From Octopus bimaculoides (Eukaryota): 45,659 nucleotides of DNA. Under the pieces are notes generated by a model. It searched no databases. It was not told the origin of the DNA and worked only from the letters and a program-made list of their open reading frames with translations. The position numbers were made by a program, and so were the translations under genes. Numbering within the stretch: position 1 is the first letter of the stretch; the number at the start of each line of letters is the position of its first letter. Positions 11,387-24,676 of this stretch are shown here, one piece after another. The stretch covers positions 4,580,263 through 4,625,921 of the forward strand of contig NC_068981.1 in the NCBI RefSeq assembly GCF_001194135.2, given 5' to 3'.

Positions 11387-12318
11387 TATATATATTGTGA
11401 AGTATATTTTCCACTTAAATGAGTTTCTGGGTATTGACGGGTCCATGTGTATCACGTCAGGTTTGAGATGGGAAGGATGACTTCCCTTTGCAAATACTGA
11501 AAGGGCACAGAAAGTATGTCAATAGCCAGCTGGAGGAGGTGTCCTCCTGGGGCTACAAGCTACAGTAGCATCCACCTTTAAGGGTTAGCCACATTTAAGT
11601 GACAAATATACTTCACGATGTCATGCAGCTACTGTTTATAACTCCCTCAGAAATTTATTATTGCTTATATATATATATATGCTTCAATATTTGTTGATGC
11701 TTCGTTAATTAATTTGCTCAGGCGATCTATATCTAAAGCTATAGCTTTNNNNNNNNNNNNNNNNNNNNNNNNNNNNNNNNNNNNNNNNNNNNNNNNNNNN
11801 NNNNNNNNNNNNNNNNNNNNNNNNNNNNNNNNNNNNNNNNNNNNNNNNNNNNNNNNNNNNNNNNNNNNNNNNNNNNNNNNNNNNNNNNNNNNNNNNNNNN
11901 NNNNNNNNNNNNNNNNNNNNNNNNNNNNNNNNNNNNNNNNNNNNNNNNNNNNNNNNNNNNNNNNNNNNNNNNNNNNNNNNNNNNNNNNNNNNNNNNNNNN
12001 NNNNNNNNNNNNNNNNNNNNNNNNNNNNNNNNNNNNNNNNNNNNNNNNNNNNNNNNNNNNNNNNNNNNNNNNNNNNNNNNNNNNNNNNNNNNNNNNNNNN
12101 NNNNNNNNNNNNNNNNNNNNNNNNNNNNNNNNNNNNNNNNNNNNNNNNNNNNNNNNNNNNNNNNNNNNNNNNNNNNNNNNNNNNNNNNNNNNNNNNNNNN
12201 NNNNNNNNNNNNNNNNNNNNNNNNNNNNNNNNNNNNNNNNNNNNNNNNNNNNNNNNNNNNNNNNNNNNNNNNNNNNNNNNNNNNNNNNNNNNNNNNNNNN
12301 NNNNNNNAAACGATGATG

Positions 12319-12319
<1 letters not shown>

Positions 12320-12353
<34 letters not shown>

Positions 12354-12436
12354 TATATATGCATCACTATATGTGTGTGTGTGTGTGTGTATATATAGTG
12401 ATAGAGAGATAGAGAGATAGATAGAGAGAGAGAGAG

Positions 12437-12495
<59 letters not shown>
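12320..12495. repeat. (TA)n/(TG)n/(GA)n/(GATA)n compound microsatellite
   Basis: Seen directly. Confidence 0.9.
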
Positions 12496-12877
12496 CTAGT
12501 TATAAGATTGAATAGAATCTAGGCATATCAACACATTGGACACCAGAAATGGCTAGGTGCAATAGGAAAGGGTTCACAGTGAGGTAAAACAACCATGAAG
12601 GTATCCTATGTAGGTACCAAATTTAATTTAAACCATAGATCTGACTCAGGACCGGTTTCTAGGTGTGGCATAGGTATTAAAAAAAACACAACTGCATTTG
12701 TGTTCTTGTGTGTGTGTGTGTGTGTGTGTTAAAGCGAGTATGTTACTTAAAAAGCAGCCTGCTTCAGTATTTTGATATTTATATATAGGTATAGGTATAT
12801 CATAAAATCAATAGAACTTCTACACCTGCTCATACATGTCAGCATACACACACACACTAGATGTGTGTGTGTGTATG

Positions 12878-12926
<49 letters not shown>

Positions 12927-13103
12927 GAGAAGAAAGAAAAATGGAGATTGGGAAGTTATATATGTGTGTATATATATGTATATATGTAATATATATGGAT
13001 ATATAGGTGGATGAATTGATGTATATACATTTTTTGTATCAACATATGAAAGGAAGAATCACTGGGAGTAAATTTTCTAGAAAATTTTGCTTCAGTTGTT
13101 AAT

Positions 13104-13520
13104 GTGTGTGTGTGTATGTGTGTGTGTATGTGTGTGTGTGCATTTGTATATAGATGTATCAGTGTGTATGTCTGTGTATGTGTGTGTGTTCATTTGTATA
13201 TAGAGGAGTATATGTATGTATGTGTGTATATTTGTGTGTGTAAGTTTGAGTACGTTTGTCTATAGGTGTGTGTGTGTGTGTATACATTTGTATGTAGGCT
13301 TGTGTTTCTATAGAGGTGTGTGCGTTTGTATATAGGTGTATGTGTTTGTTTACTTGTTTGTGTATGTGTGCCTGTGTGTGTGTGTGTGTGTGTGTGTAAA
13401 TTTGAATGTAGGCGTGTGTTTGCATATAGGTGTGTGTGCGTGTGTTTCTGTGTGTGTACATTTGAATGTAGGCGTGTGTTTGTATATAGGTGTGTCTCAG
13501 TGCATTCAATGTGTGTGCAT
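13104..13520. repeat. GT-rich minisatellite with recurring tttgtatatag motif
   Basis: Seen directly. Confidence 0.8.
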
Positions 13521-13808
13521 GTGAATAAAGGGGTTAGCTTTAGGCTGAGAGGAGCTCCAGTGTGTATGGCAAGGCAATGTAAATCAGAGAATATATAAAA
13601 AGGGGGGAGGGAGAGGAGGGCGAGGAGGGAGAGGAGGGAGAGGAGGGGGAGGAGGGGGAGGAGGACTAAATGTTGGTGGCAGGTGGAGGAACCGGGGAGA
13701 GAAGCGTCAGTTTCTGGCAAGAATCAATAAATATTCTGAGTTCTTGTTATTGATGGGAAGGAATTAGTAGTAGGGCAATTGGAGATTACAGATTCATAAC
13801 ATACATAT

Positions 13809-13847
<39 letters not shown>

Positions 13848-13906
13848 CCTATACATACTCACATATGTGTATGTGTATGTATGTATATGTATGAATATCT
13901 ATGTAT

Positions 13907-13966
<60 letters not shown>

Positions 13967-14597
13967 GCATGTATGTATGGATGTATGTATAAATATATGT
14001 GTATGTATATAGATAAATGGTAGACAGACAGAAAAGCTGACAGACAGACAGAAATATAGGCAAACAGACAGACAGACAGACAAGCCAGACAGATTGATAG
14101 ATAGACACACAGACACACAGACAGATATTTATCGATAAGTGAATATATGAAAATATGTAGGTTGGCAGGTACATCTGAGTGAGTGCAACTGTTACTTTGG
14201 TTGCACAATGATTTATACCCTCAATGCATATTAAAAAATATATACGATCTAAGGGAAGTAACTCAAATGAACCAACACCATAAACTTGAATGATTACGTT
14301 AAAGGATGATGTACTGCAGTGCTTCTCAAACTATCTGATGTGGTAGATTTTTTTTTTCTAATGTACCAGGGACCAGTAATATTTCTTAGTAATTTATTTA
14401 TACCAGAAACAATATATACAATGACTATAATAAAAGTTGACAATTTTTTTTATCTTATATTTATTTTGTAAACAAATAATACAATATTACATGTGTGCGG
14501 GCTTAGCCGTGTGGTTACTTCGTTTAAACTGAATCTTACTGTTAGACTCTTCCTAACCCTGAAACCACTGGCGCCACCCTGTGCACAATGTTTCCTA

Positions 14598-15985
14598 GGC
14601 ATAAGAGTGGCTGTGTGTTAAGAAGTTTGCTTACCAACCACATGGTTCCGGGTTCAGTCTCACTGTGTGGCACATTGGGCAAGTGTCTTCTACTATAGCC
14701 TCGGGCCAACCAAAGCCTTATGAGTGGATTTGGTAGACGGAAACTGAAAGAAGCCCGTCATATATACGTATGTGTGTATCTATGTATATATATATATATN
14801 NNNNNNNNNNNNNNNNNNNNNNNNNNNNNNNNNNNNNNNNNNNNNNNNNNNNNNNNNNNNNNNNNNNNNNNNNNNNNNNNNNNNNNNNNNNNNNNNNNNN
14901 NNNNNNNNNNNNNNNNNNNNNNNNNNNNNNNNNNNNNNNNNNNNNNNNNNNNNNNNNNNNNNNNNNNNNNNNNNNNNNNNNNNNNNNNNNNNNNNNNNNN
15001 NNNNNNNNNNNNNNNNNNNNNNNNNNNNNNNNNNNNNNNNNNNNNNNNNNNNNNNNNNNNNNNNNNNNNNNNNNNNNNNNNNNNNNNNNNNNNNNNNNNN
15101 NNNNNNNNNNNNNNNNNNNNNNNNNNNNNNNNNNNNNNNNNNNNNNNNNNNNNNNNNNNNNNNNNNNNNNNNNNNNNNNNNNNNNNNNNNNNNNNNNNNN
15201 NNNNNNNNNNNNNNNNNNNNNNNNNNNNNNNNNNNNNNNNNNNNNNNNNNNNNNNNNNNNNNNNNNNNNNNNNNNNNNNNNNNNNNNNNNNNNNNNNNNN
15301 NNNNNNNNNNNNNNNNNNNNNNNNNNNNNNNNNNNNNNNNNNNNNNNNNNNNNNNNNNNNNNNNNNNNNNNNNNNNNNNNNNNNNNNNNNNNNNNNNNNN
15401 NNNNNNNNNNNNNNNNNNNNNNNNNNNNNNNNNNNNNNNNNNNNNNNNNNNNNNNNNNNNNNNNNNNNNNNNNNNNNNNNNNNNNNNNNNNNNNNNNNNN
15501 NNNNNNNNNNNNNNNNNNNNNNNNNNNNNNNNNNNNNNNNNNNNNNNNNNNNNNNNNNNNNNNNNNNNNNNNNNNNNNNGTGGCCGTTTTCGTGCGGGTG
15601 ACACGTAAAAGCACCCACTACACTCTCTGAGTGGTTGGCGTTAGGAAGGGCATCCAGCTGTAGAAACTCTGCCAAATCAGACTGGAGCCTGGTGTTGCCA
15701 TCTGGTTTCACCAGACCTCAGTCAAATCGTCCAACCCATGCTAGCATGGAAAGCGGACGTTAAACGATGATGATGATGATGATGATGATGTATGTATGTA
15801 TGTACGTACATACGTATGTATGTATGTATGTATTTATGTATCTGTGTTTGCCCCCCACCATCACTTGACAACTGATGTTGGTGTGTTTACCTCCCCATAA
15901 CTTAGCGGTTTGGCAAAGGAGACTGATAGAATAAGTACTAGGCTTACAAAGAATAGGTCCTGGGGCTGATTTGTTCGACTAAATT
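14598..15985 (+). mobile_element. Family A SINE spanning an N gap (5' half 14598-14799, 3' half 15835-15985)
   Basis: Both halves present in order and orientation; a family C copy lies between them. Confidence 0.7.
15580..15790 (+). mobile_element. Family C element, low divergence
   Basis: gcacccactacactctctgagtggttggcgttaggaagggcatcc...ggacgttaaacgatgatg. Confidence 0.9.
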
Positions 15986-16004
15986 CCAGCAACATTCGTC
16001 CTAA

Positions 16005-16072
16005 ACCAGGACTGCCATGGTACTTAGGATTGTGAGCTAAATATCCTAACCATTAAGCCACCTGTCTTCACA
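16005..16072 (-). mobile_element. tRNA-like SINE head of a further family (related fragment at 16785-16820)
   Basis: Minus strand gtggcttaatggttaggatatttagctcacaatc; 16785-16820 gives gtggctcagtggttagggtattgg. Confidence 0.5.
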
Positions 16073-17499
16073 GTCTTTGGATATTTAGAGCTTAGAGAGT
16101 AGGGGGTTACATAGAGCTTATAAGGAGCCTGTGTTATATATTCATCCCCCACAATGGGTGTTGATTCTGGGGTCTCAGGTAGAATGGGGTGGGGGACCGT
16201 ATATTTAGGTGCACCTAGGGATATGGAAGAATATTTCGTAGTAGAAATTTGATTGAGAGGAAGTCTATAAAATATTTTAAAAAATACAGATGGCTAATAA
16301 TTAAATGTCATAGAGAGATTTTCTGTAATCTGGGTGACCTAATTAGTAGAGCAGGTGGTTGTTGGTGGGGGGGGGGATATTATAAGAACAGCATCGCCAA
16401 CTTCACCACCGACACCATCTCCATCACTATCACCATCATCACCACCACCACCACCACTACCACCACCACTGACACNNNNNNNNNNNNNNNNNNNNNNNNN
16501 NNNNNNNNNNNNNNNNNNNNNNNNNNNNNNNNNNNNNNNNNNNNNNNNNNNNNNNNNNNNNNNNNNNNNNNNNNNNNNNNNNNNNNNNNNNNNNNNNNNN
16601 NNNNNNNNNNNNNNNNNNNNNNNNNNNNNNNNNNNNNNNNNNNNNNNNNNNNNNNNNNNNNNNNNNNNNNNNNNNNNNNNNNNNNNNNNNNNNNNNNNNN
16701 NNNNNNNNNNNNNNNNNNNNNNNNNNNNNNNNNNNNNNNNNNNNNNNNNNNNNNNNNNNNNNNNNNNNNNNNNNNNNNNNNNNNCCAATACCCTAACCAC
16801 TGAGCCACGTGCTTTCACGACACACCTCCATCAACATTTCCTCTACCACCACCACCATCACTATCACCACCCCCACCACCACCATCACCACCATCACCAC
16901 CACTGACACCACCACTACCACCATCACCATTCCCGTCACCACCACCATCACCACAACACCCACCACTGCAAAAATGAGTTGTACCCATAGAATATTATAT
17001 ATATATATATATATATATTGGTGAATGCTGTAAACATTGAAGGCATATGACAAAACAGCACTTTTTATATGAACTCCTTAATGATATTTGTTCTTCCCCA
17101 AGTTACAGATACTCCCTTGTCACTGCTGTTGCCAACAGAAATACCGTAAACCAGTGATTAGCTGGACTGTTTAGGAATTTGTAACCAAATCTGTGATAAA
17201 ATACGACGGATGAAATGAAAGTGAACTTGTCTTTCGTAGTTGAACAGTTGTTTTGACTGGTGAATCCTGACCGTAGAATATAAGAAAAGTTATTTGAGAT
17301 TGAACAGAGAGGTCAGTGACTTCCTGCAGAGATATTTGGTGAGGAAGCGGAACAGAGAGTGAGAGCAACAGCTGAGTGAACACAAAAGCATTTTCTGTGT
17401 CTTTAATGATTTATTTACAATATCGAACGATACAGAACTGTTCAAATGCTCCAGTGTTACGCTTTTAGCATCAGTAGTAGCATTACCCTTCTCCTCCTC

Positions 17500-17607
17500 T
17501 TCCTCCTTTTCAACATCACCGTCATCATCATCGCCATTGTCATCATCATCATCGTCTTCATCGACATCGACGTCATCGTCATCATCATCATCATCATCGC
17601 CATCGTT

Positions 17608-17639
<32 letters not shown>

Positions 17640-18200
17640 TTAGCATCTGTTTTCCATGTTGGCATGTGTTGAATGGTTTGGCAGCATCTTATGATCCCAG
17701 GATCTGATGGTCCCAGTTGTCTGTTTTGGACTGGTTTCTATGGTTGGGTGCCCTTCCTGAATGCAACCACTTGACAGTGTGTACTAGGTGCTTTTTTGTT
17801 TCATAGCACCAGCACTAGAGAGGTTACCATACAGCTTTCAAAATGACAACCCCTGAGAGAGGTGGCTTTCTGCAGGGGGATGAGGGTTCAAGTATGAGAG
17901 AGGGGGTCAGAGTAGGACAAGTGTCTTGCTGTAGAAGAGCTACATGACTGCTCACATGTTAGAAGTGAAGGTGGGATGAAATCAGGTGGAGCTAGGAAGA
18001 GTTAAAACTAGTGGGGATGAAGTGTGTGGGCAGACCCTCAAGGTATGGGGTAAGTTGAAGTGAGTGGAGACAGAAGAACAGGAAGTATGGCTGGAGGTTA
18101 CAAGAGTATATGGGGGAGTGAGAGGTGGGGAGTATGAAGAACAAGTATTGATGGATGATTAGTGGGGGCAGCAGGTAAGAGTAGGTGACAACTGTAGAGA
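17500..18200 (-). mobile_element. Long family C element with (GAT/GAC)n tail
   Basis: Tail 17500-17640, then ttttccatgttggcatg...tgcccttcctg; upstream body similar to 27300-27480. Confidence 0.7.
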
Positions 18201-18272
18201 TCTTAATATTTTTGTTCTTAGTACTTGATGGGTGACCACTTGGAAAACTTAGGTTCTGTAAGCATCTTACTT

Positions 18273-18478
18273 AAGGCAGCAAGCTGGCAGAATCATTAGG
18301 ATGCTGGGAAAATGGTTAGCAGCATTTTGTCCATCATTATGTTCTGAGTTCAAATTCTGCCGAGGTCAACTTTGCCTTTCATCCTTTTGGGGCTGATAAA
18401 ATAAGTATCTGTTGAACACTGGAGTCGATTTTATCAGTTCAACCCCTCCCCTAAAATTACTGGTTTTGTACCAAAATG
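18273..18478 (+). mobile_element. Family B SINE
   Basis: Matches the family B body. Confidence 0.85.
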
Positions 18479-19144
18479 ACTGTTTAATTATTGAACTCCT
18501 AGAGAAGGTAATATTTTCAAGGAATTCTCAGGATGTAGGTAATTGGAAACATGCTGTTTTCTATGATTTCAGTGGTGCCAGATGTAAAAGTAGCAAAGTT
18601 GCTGAGAATATTAATGAGAAATCTATTAGTTTGTCTGATTGATTTTTAGCAAGAATTACTCGATGCATTTGCAGATAATTTCACAATATTGAACGAGACA
18701 ATAACTGGTGAGAAGACGCAATAGAGATTTTAAGGTCAGCTTTGGTAGTTCCTGATAAGTGTTTTGTAGGTAAGATTAACCTGTAGAGGCCAAGGATTAA
18801 TAAAATATCTCTCTCCATCCAAGTGGTACAATTTTGGGCTTTTGTGGAACTGATGAAAAAATATTAATTGATGAATCAGTCTACAAGACAGTCCCAAAGT
18901 GCTCCTTCCATCTTTGTAAAATCTCATTTTTCTTTTCTTTTCAGTAGTTTTGTATCACCAACAGACATAACAGGAGATGAACCACAGGTCTGTTGTCCCA
19001 TAAATCCTTTCCAAACATTTCTTAGAATGCCTTAAGGCCATTCCTATCTGCAGAATGATGGAATTACAGTTCCTTTCTATTGTATCATATTTCCTTCACA
19101 CTACTTAAAGACTTCTTGGTTGATCTTTTCAACTCAAAGCAAAT

Positions 19145-19600
19145 TTTCAGCATTTAATCTCCTTCAAAGTAGTCCACTTCGGAAGCCATACACTTAATCC
19201 AGTGTTGTATATAAGAGGTCTGATCAAAAAGTATTGAGATAAATGTTTAAAAAGAAAACTACAACACAGATCATCAATTCAGCATTTAATCTCCTTCGGA
19301 AGCTTAATCCAGTGTTGTTTCCATTGATGGAAGTTTTCTTGAAACTCCTTTTTTGGGGATAGCAAAAAGCTGCATCATCACATTATCTTGGATTTCCTCA
19401 ATATCTTGAAATTTCATTGTGGTCTTCCACTGCAAAGACTGGGCCCTGTGTTTCAGGGTCATGGCTATAGACCCATGATTTGTCACTTGACCCTATCAAG
19501 GAGATCCCATGTAACTGAAACTCTAATCTTTTTCTTTGAGATGACCTCATTCTTCTGTGCACTTTACTTCCAAGCACTGCTATGAACATCAGAAGCGAGT
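19145..19600 (-). mobile_element. Internally deleted mariner relic with 3' TIR, plus a second copy of the transposase 3' end
   Basis: Minus frames SWVYSHDPETQ..WK / FQDIEEIQDNVMMQLFAIPK / HWIKCMASEVDYFEGD*; TIR-like ta-taagaggtctgatcaaaaagtattgag at ~19209-19240. Confidence 0.75.
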
Positions 19601-20312
19601 GAGAATGCTGTAACTTGGCATGCTTGTGAAACAGAGTTCAAGAGATTAGATTTCAGAGTTCAAAAGTTGTGTCAAGTGGTTTCACTCTACATACTTATAC
19701 TCCATAACCATAGCAACAGTCTTGATACGTTTCAATTACACCGCCAATAGCAGCTTATTAAATATACTGAGTTCCTTCATCTTTCAGACATCTTGTCATA
19801 ATGTGATCACTTTTGATGTTTGGCAAGTGACAGTCATTGACTAAAAACAATAGTTTCTTTCATAGCAAATCTCATCTCCAACTCTTCTCATATCTTGCCA
19901 CACGATTCAGCTCAAGGTATTTAAAATGAGATTGTGCCTGAAGCTGTGCAAGTCCTCTCCGCTTATAAGTAAAGACACTTCCTTAGTTTCTTGTCTTATA
20001 AGGTCATACAAAAGGTATGATGTAGGTGGAGGGTCCATGACATCAGGGTACTGAATTCTTCAGTTCCTCATATGGCTGTATCCTCCATTAAAGCATGTGT
20101 GTAGGTGAAGTTATGAACTTCATCAATCGCCAATGGGCGGACACAAATCAAGATAGATTATATTCTAACAAGAGAAACATCTTGTTATTGATAAAACTAA
20201 AAAGTGTTGACCCTTTTACCAAAGTCTCTTCTCCTAGAATCAGTTCACTGTTTGTATTTCCAAACTGTCCTCTTATGTTTTCTTCCTTGCCCATCCAATA
20301 TCCATAACGTCT

Positions 20313-20531
20313 AAGGCAGCGAACTGGCAGAAACGTTAGCACGATGGGCGAAATGCATGGCAGCATTTCGTCAGTCTTTATGTTCTGAGTTCAAATTCCA
20401 CTGAGGTCGACTTTGCCTTTCATTCTTTTGGGGGTCGATAAATTAAGTACCAGTTACGTATTGGGGTCGATCTAATCAACTGGCCCCCCTCCCCAAAAAT
20501 TTCAGGCCTTGTGCCTAGAGTAGAAAAGAAT
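20313..20531 (+). mobile_element. Family B SINE
   Basis: Matches the family B body. Confidence 0.9.
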
Positions 20532-20544
20532 ATTTAAAACGACA

Positions 20545-20628
20545 AAGGCAGCGAGCTGGCAGAGTGGTTAGCAGGCCGGGCGAAACGCTTAGCATTATTT
20601 CGTCTGTCTTTACGTTCTGAGTTCAATT
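20545..20628 (+). mobile_element. Family B SINE head only
   Basis: aaggcagcgagctggcagagtggttagc...gttctgagttcaa. Confidence 0.8.
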
Positions 20629-20972
20629 TCGGATCCAGTTTACTCTGTGCGTTGTTTACTTAAAGGAAAGCCCAAAGTGAGTGGAAGATGTGTGTGGGAT
20701 TGTGAGATCAAGCCATAAGACAGGAAGGAGGGAGGAGGAAATATTTAAGGGAGAAAAGAAAACTGGATACGAAATGATATAAATCCACCAATATAACTAT
20801 AATTATCACTGGAAAATACCCACACGGATTCTATACATGGATATTTACTGTTAGAATGGAACTATACTCCAAGTACTTTTTCTTCTTTGTTTTTTCTTCT
20901 CCCCATCGCTCTCATTTCTTACTGCAAATCTCCTCATACAGATGTAATGATCCTTATCTTCTACTATTACCA

Positions 20973-21019
20973 TCTCCGATGAAGGGATACATTGAATTTT
21001 CCCTGAAACAGCTGTAAGA
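20973..21019 (+). ncRNA. Minimal type-I hammerhead motif (ACAGCTGT family), U4-to-C variant
   Basis: tct-CCGATGA-AGGGA..TCCCT-GAA-ACAGCTGT-A-aga. Confidence 0.6.
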
Positions 21020-21224
21020 CATTCTACATAAACTATAAATTTACTTATGCCATTGGTCTCTTTATCTCACTCTTTCTTATATATACACACGCTAATACAC
21101 AGCCCATGTTATATTCCCCATTCATGTTGCAACCACATCTGGGGCAAAACTAGTCAATATACAGCACTTACTCGGTATTACCTGTAACATTCGGGTCTGG
21201 TCACCTCCGTTACCCTTCATAACC

Positions 21225-21261
<37 letters not shown>

Positions 21262-21429
21262 ATATACAACCGGTTTCTTTCAGTTTCCGTCTGCCAAATC
21301 CACTCAAAAGGTTTTGGTCGGCCCAAGGCTACAGTAGGAGACACCTGCCCAAGCTGCCACACAGTGGGACTGAACCCAGAACCATGTGGTTGGGAAGCAA
21401 GCTTTTTACCACACAGCCACTCCTGCACC
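21262..21429 (-). mobile_element. Family A SINE 5' half
   Basis: Reverse complement of the family A head and CORE-like segment. Confidence 0.9.
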
Positions 21430-21461
<32 letters not shown>

Positions 21462-21695
21462 TGTATGTATGTATGTATGTATGTATTTTTACACACACAA
21501 CGAAGTATATTTATCCAAACTTATAAACCAGCCTGGTCTTAAGTTCCTCACCCATTTTCGCTCTGTAAATGACTAAGTTTCCTCAAAGACTACTAAACTA
21601 TTGGTAAAATAATTTCTTCCAAGTCTACTGAAACAAGTTAAATCCAAATATGCATTCAGTCTGCAGCCAACCTGAAGATGTTTAGCCATTTTTTG

Positions 21696-21736
<41 letters not shown>

Positions 21737-21924
21737 GTTATTATCAGAAAAGGAATTCTTTGCAAAAGGCCGAGATCTATTTTTTCCTGTTGGCTTTATC
21801 CCTAACTTATCAAAATCAATAAGACTGGCCTCAGGAAATAATTGATTCCTTTAGTTTTGTAATTGCTGTTATTGGCATTAATATTGTTGTTGTTGTTGTT
21901 GGTTTTGTAGTCATTCATGGTATA

Positions 21925-22500
21925 TATGTGTCTATGTGTACGTGTGTGTGTGTGTGTGTGTGGGTGGGTGCTAGTGAAGATGTGTGTATGTGCGTGTATG
22001 TGCTAGTGGAGATGTGTATATGTGTGTGTGTGTGCGTATGTGTGTGTGCGTGTGCTAGTAAAGATGTGTGTATATATGTGTGTTCGTGTATGTGTGTGTT
22101 CGTGTATGTGTGTGTGTGCTAGTGAAGATGTGTGTGTGTGCTAGTGAAGATGTGTGTATGTGCATGTGCATATCTGTGTGTGTGTGTTTGCGTGTGTGTG
22201 TGTGTGTTTACATGTGTGTGAGCGCGCGCGTGTATGTGTACTAGTGAAGATGTGTGTGTGTGTGTGCGTGTGCTAGTGAAGATATGTGTGTGTGTGCGTG
22301 TGTGTGTGTATGTGTGTGCATATTGGTGAATATGATTGAGTGCACATCAGTGAAACTGTGTGTGCCAACATATATGAGTGTGTGCGTGAGTGTGTGTGTA
22401 TGTGTGTGTGAATGTGTGCACATGTGTGTACATGTGTGTGTGGTGTGTGTGTGAATGTGCGTATATGTGTGCGCACATGTGTGTGTGTACGTGTGTAAGA
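21925..22500. repeat. (TG)n array punctuated by gctagtgaagat motifs
   Basis: Seen directly. Confidence 0.85.
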
Positions 22501-22929
22501 GAGAGAGTATACACACAAACCTTTTATCTCTCTACATTCTAATCTACACACCTTTTTACATACACACTCGCACACTACTATCACATCTCGCTCTTCATAA
22601 GCATATATACACACACACACACACACACATAGTCATGTGCGTGTGTATCTGTATCTATATGTGTGTGTGTGTGTGTGTGTGTGAGCGTGTTTCACTGCTG
22701 TATAACTTGTGTTGCTCATGGTTACAATAACAACAACAACAACACTATCTCCTTCCATCATATTTCAAATAAAGTTATTCCAGTTACCAAAGCTGTCTTT
22801 TATTTATTCATTTGTTGTCCCCCAGCCCACCCGGCCCCAGGAGGGGTGCGGTGTGTGGTCGTCTGTCTTCTGTTCCTCACTTATCTTGGGTCTTGTTGCA
22901 GTTATCTTCCTTAAACTAGAGCAGTCCTC

Positions 22930-23210
22930 CATCATCACCACCACCACCACCACCACCACCGCTACCACCACCACCATCGCTCTAGTTGTTGCTATTGTTG
23001 TTGAGAGTAATTCTTTGTGTCGATGGTGATGTAGTAACACTTCTTATATAAAAAAAGAAAATAAACCCACAAACATTAAAGTCTTAGGTACAGCATCCAC
23101 CCCCAGTCATGGCGCTGTCAGTGGTGGTGGTGGTGGTGGTGGTGGTGGTGGTGGTGGTGGTTAAATGTAATGAATAACAGTATAAATAGTAGTAAGAAGC
23201 AGTAATAACT

Positions 23211-23249
<39 letters not shown>

Positions 23250-23273
23250 ATGGTGATGGTAGTGGTGGTGATA

Positions 23274-23319
<46 letters not shown>

Positions 23320-24130
23320 GTTGCTGCTGCTGCTGCTGCTTCTATTATATCTAATAGTAGTAGTAGTAGTAGTAGTAGTAGCAGTAGTTGTAGTAGTGGT
23401 GGTGATATACCACCACCAGCACCACCACTACCACCATGACTACAGCTGCTACAGCAGTTCCCTTTGATGTTTATTTTTGTGGGTGTTATTCCTGTTAACA
23501 CTACTTTATAATTCATGACGACGACGATAGTGATGGTGATGATGATAGTGATGGTGAAGTTAATGACATCATCATCTGTAGTAGTAGTAGTAGTAGGAGG
23601 AGGAGGAGGAGGAGGAGGAGTTAGTGGCGATCATGCTGCAGCAGCAGGTGGTGCACCTGTTGTAGCAGTTGAGGCTGCTTACCAATTGCTGCTGCTGCTG
23701 CTATTGTAGTAGTAGTGAATAGTGGTGGTGGTAGAGGTGGTGGTGGTGGTGGTGGTGTTGGTGGTTGTGTACCAGCAAGCGATGGTGCTACTGCTACAGT
23801 AGCTGTACCAGAAACTACTACACTCACCATCATCATCATCATCATCATCACTGACACAAATTGTTGCTGATGAAATTGTTGTTGTTGTTGTAGTTGGGGG
23901 GGAGTAGGGCTACTGCTGCTGCTGCTGTTGTAGTTGTTAATGCTGTTGTTGCTGCTGCTGCTGTTGTTGTTGTCGATGTTGTGGTGATTATGGTGGAGGT
24001 GGTTGTGGTGGTGGTGGTGGTGGTGGTGGTGGTGGTGGTGGTTGTGATGGTGGTGGTGGTGGTCATTGCTATTGTTACTACAGCTGCTGTTTCTCATCAT
24101 TGTTGTTGTGGTGATGATGATGGTTTGCCA
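22930..24130. repeat. Mosaic of trinucleotide runs (GGT, AGT, ACT, GCT, GGA, GTT, CAT)
   Basis: Seen directly; coding status unresolved. Confidence 0.85.
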
Positions 24131-24384
24131 GTCATGTTGTTTGTTGTTTGTTCTGGCTGCAATAACTGATGGTGCTGTCCCCCTATTCATGGCTGTGCTA
24201 TGAAATGCCCTAAATTCAAAAATCACATTCTCAAAAGGAGTTTCACTGAATGATCCAAACATGGACCCCCACTTCCTTGTTTGAGATTTGCTGGATCAAT
24301 TGATCTTGGGGTTAAACTACACTAACAACAACATCAATCATCAACAACAACAACAACCTTTCATATATTTTACACGTACACATT

Positions 24385-24600
24385 GGCGCAGGCATGGCTG
24401 TTGTAAGAAGTTTGCTTCCCAACCTCATGGTTCCAGGTTCAGTCCCACTGTGTGACACCTTGGGCAAATGTCTTCTACTGTAGCCTCAGGCCAACCAAAG
24501 CTTTGTGAGTGGATTTGGTAGACAGAAACTGAAAGAAGCCCGTCGTATATATATACATATATATATATACACATATGTATGTATATATGTATGTATGTAT
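24385..24600 (+). mobile_element. Family A SINE 5' half (24411-24560 repeated at 24728-24877 across a 10-N gap)
   Basis: Head, CORE-like segment, then (TA)n. Confidence 0.9.
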
Positions 24601-24642
24601 ATATACATTTTTATTTTCTCTCTTTGCTTATTTCTGTGTTCC

Positions 24643-24676
24643 TTTCTGTTGAAGAGCATACGCTCGAAACGTAAAA
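24643..24676 (+). ncRNA. Hammerhead-like motif with CUGUUGA core variant
   Basis: ttt-CTGTTGA-a-GAGC-atac-GCTC-GAA-ACGT-A-aaa. Confidence 0.5.

Noticed and set aside
11735-11748. 14-bp palindrome aaagctatagcttt at a gap edge as a possible hammerhead stem III
   Set aside because: The rest would lie in the N gap; cannot be supported
18540-18700. Possible mariner N-terminus (HAVFYDFSGARCKSSKVAENINE)
   Set aside because: Only vague similarity, with no TIR or catalytic motif nearby in the same orientation
21970-22290. CRISPR-like repeat/spacer appearance
   Set aside because: Spacers are (TG)n of variable length, the context is eukaryotic and there are no cas genes
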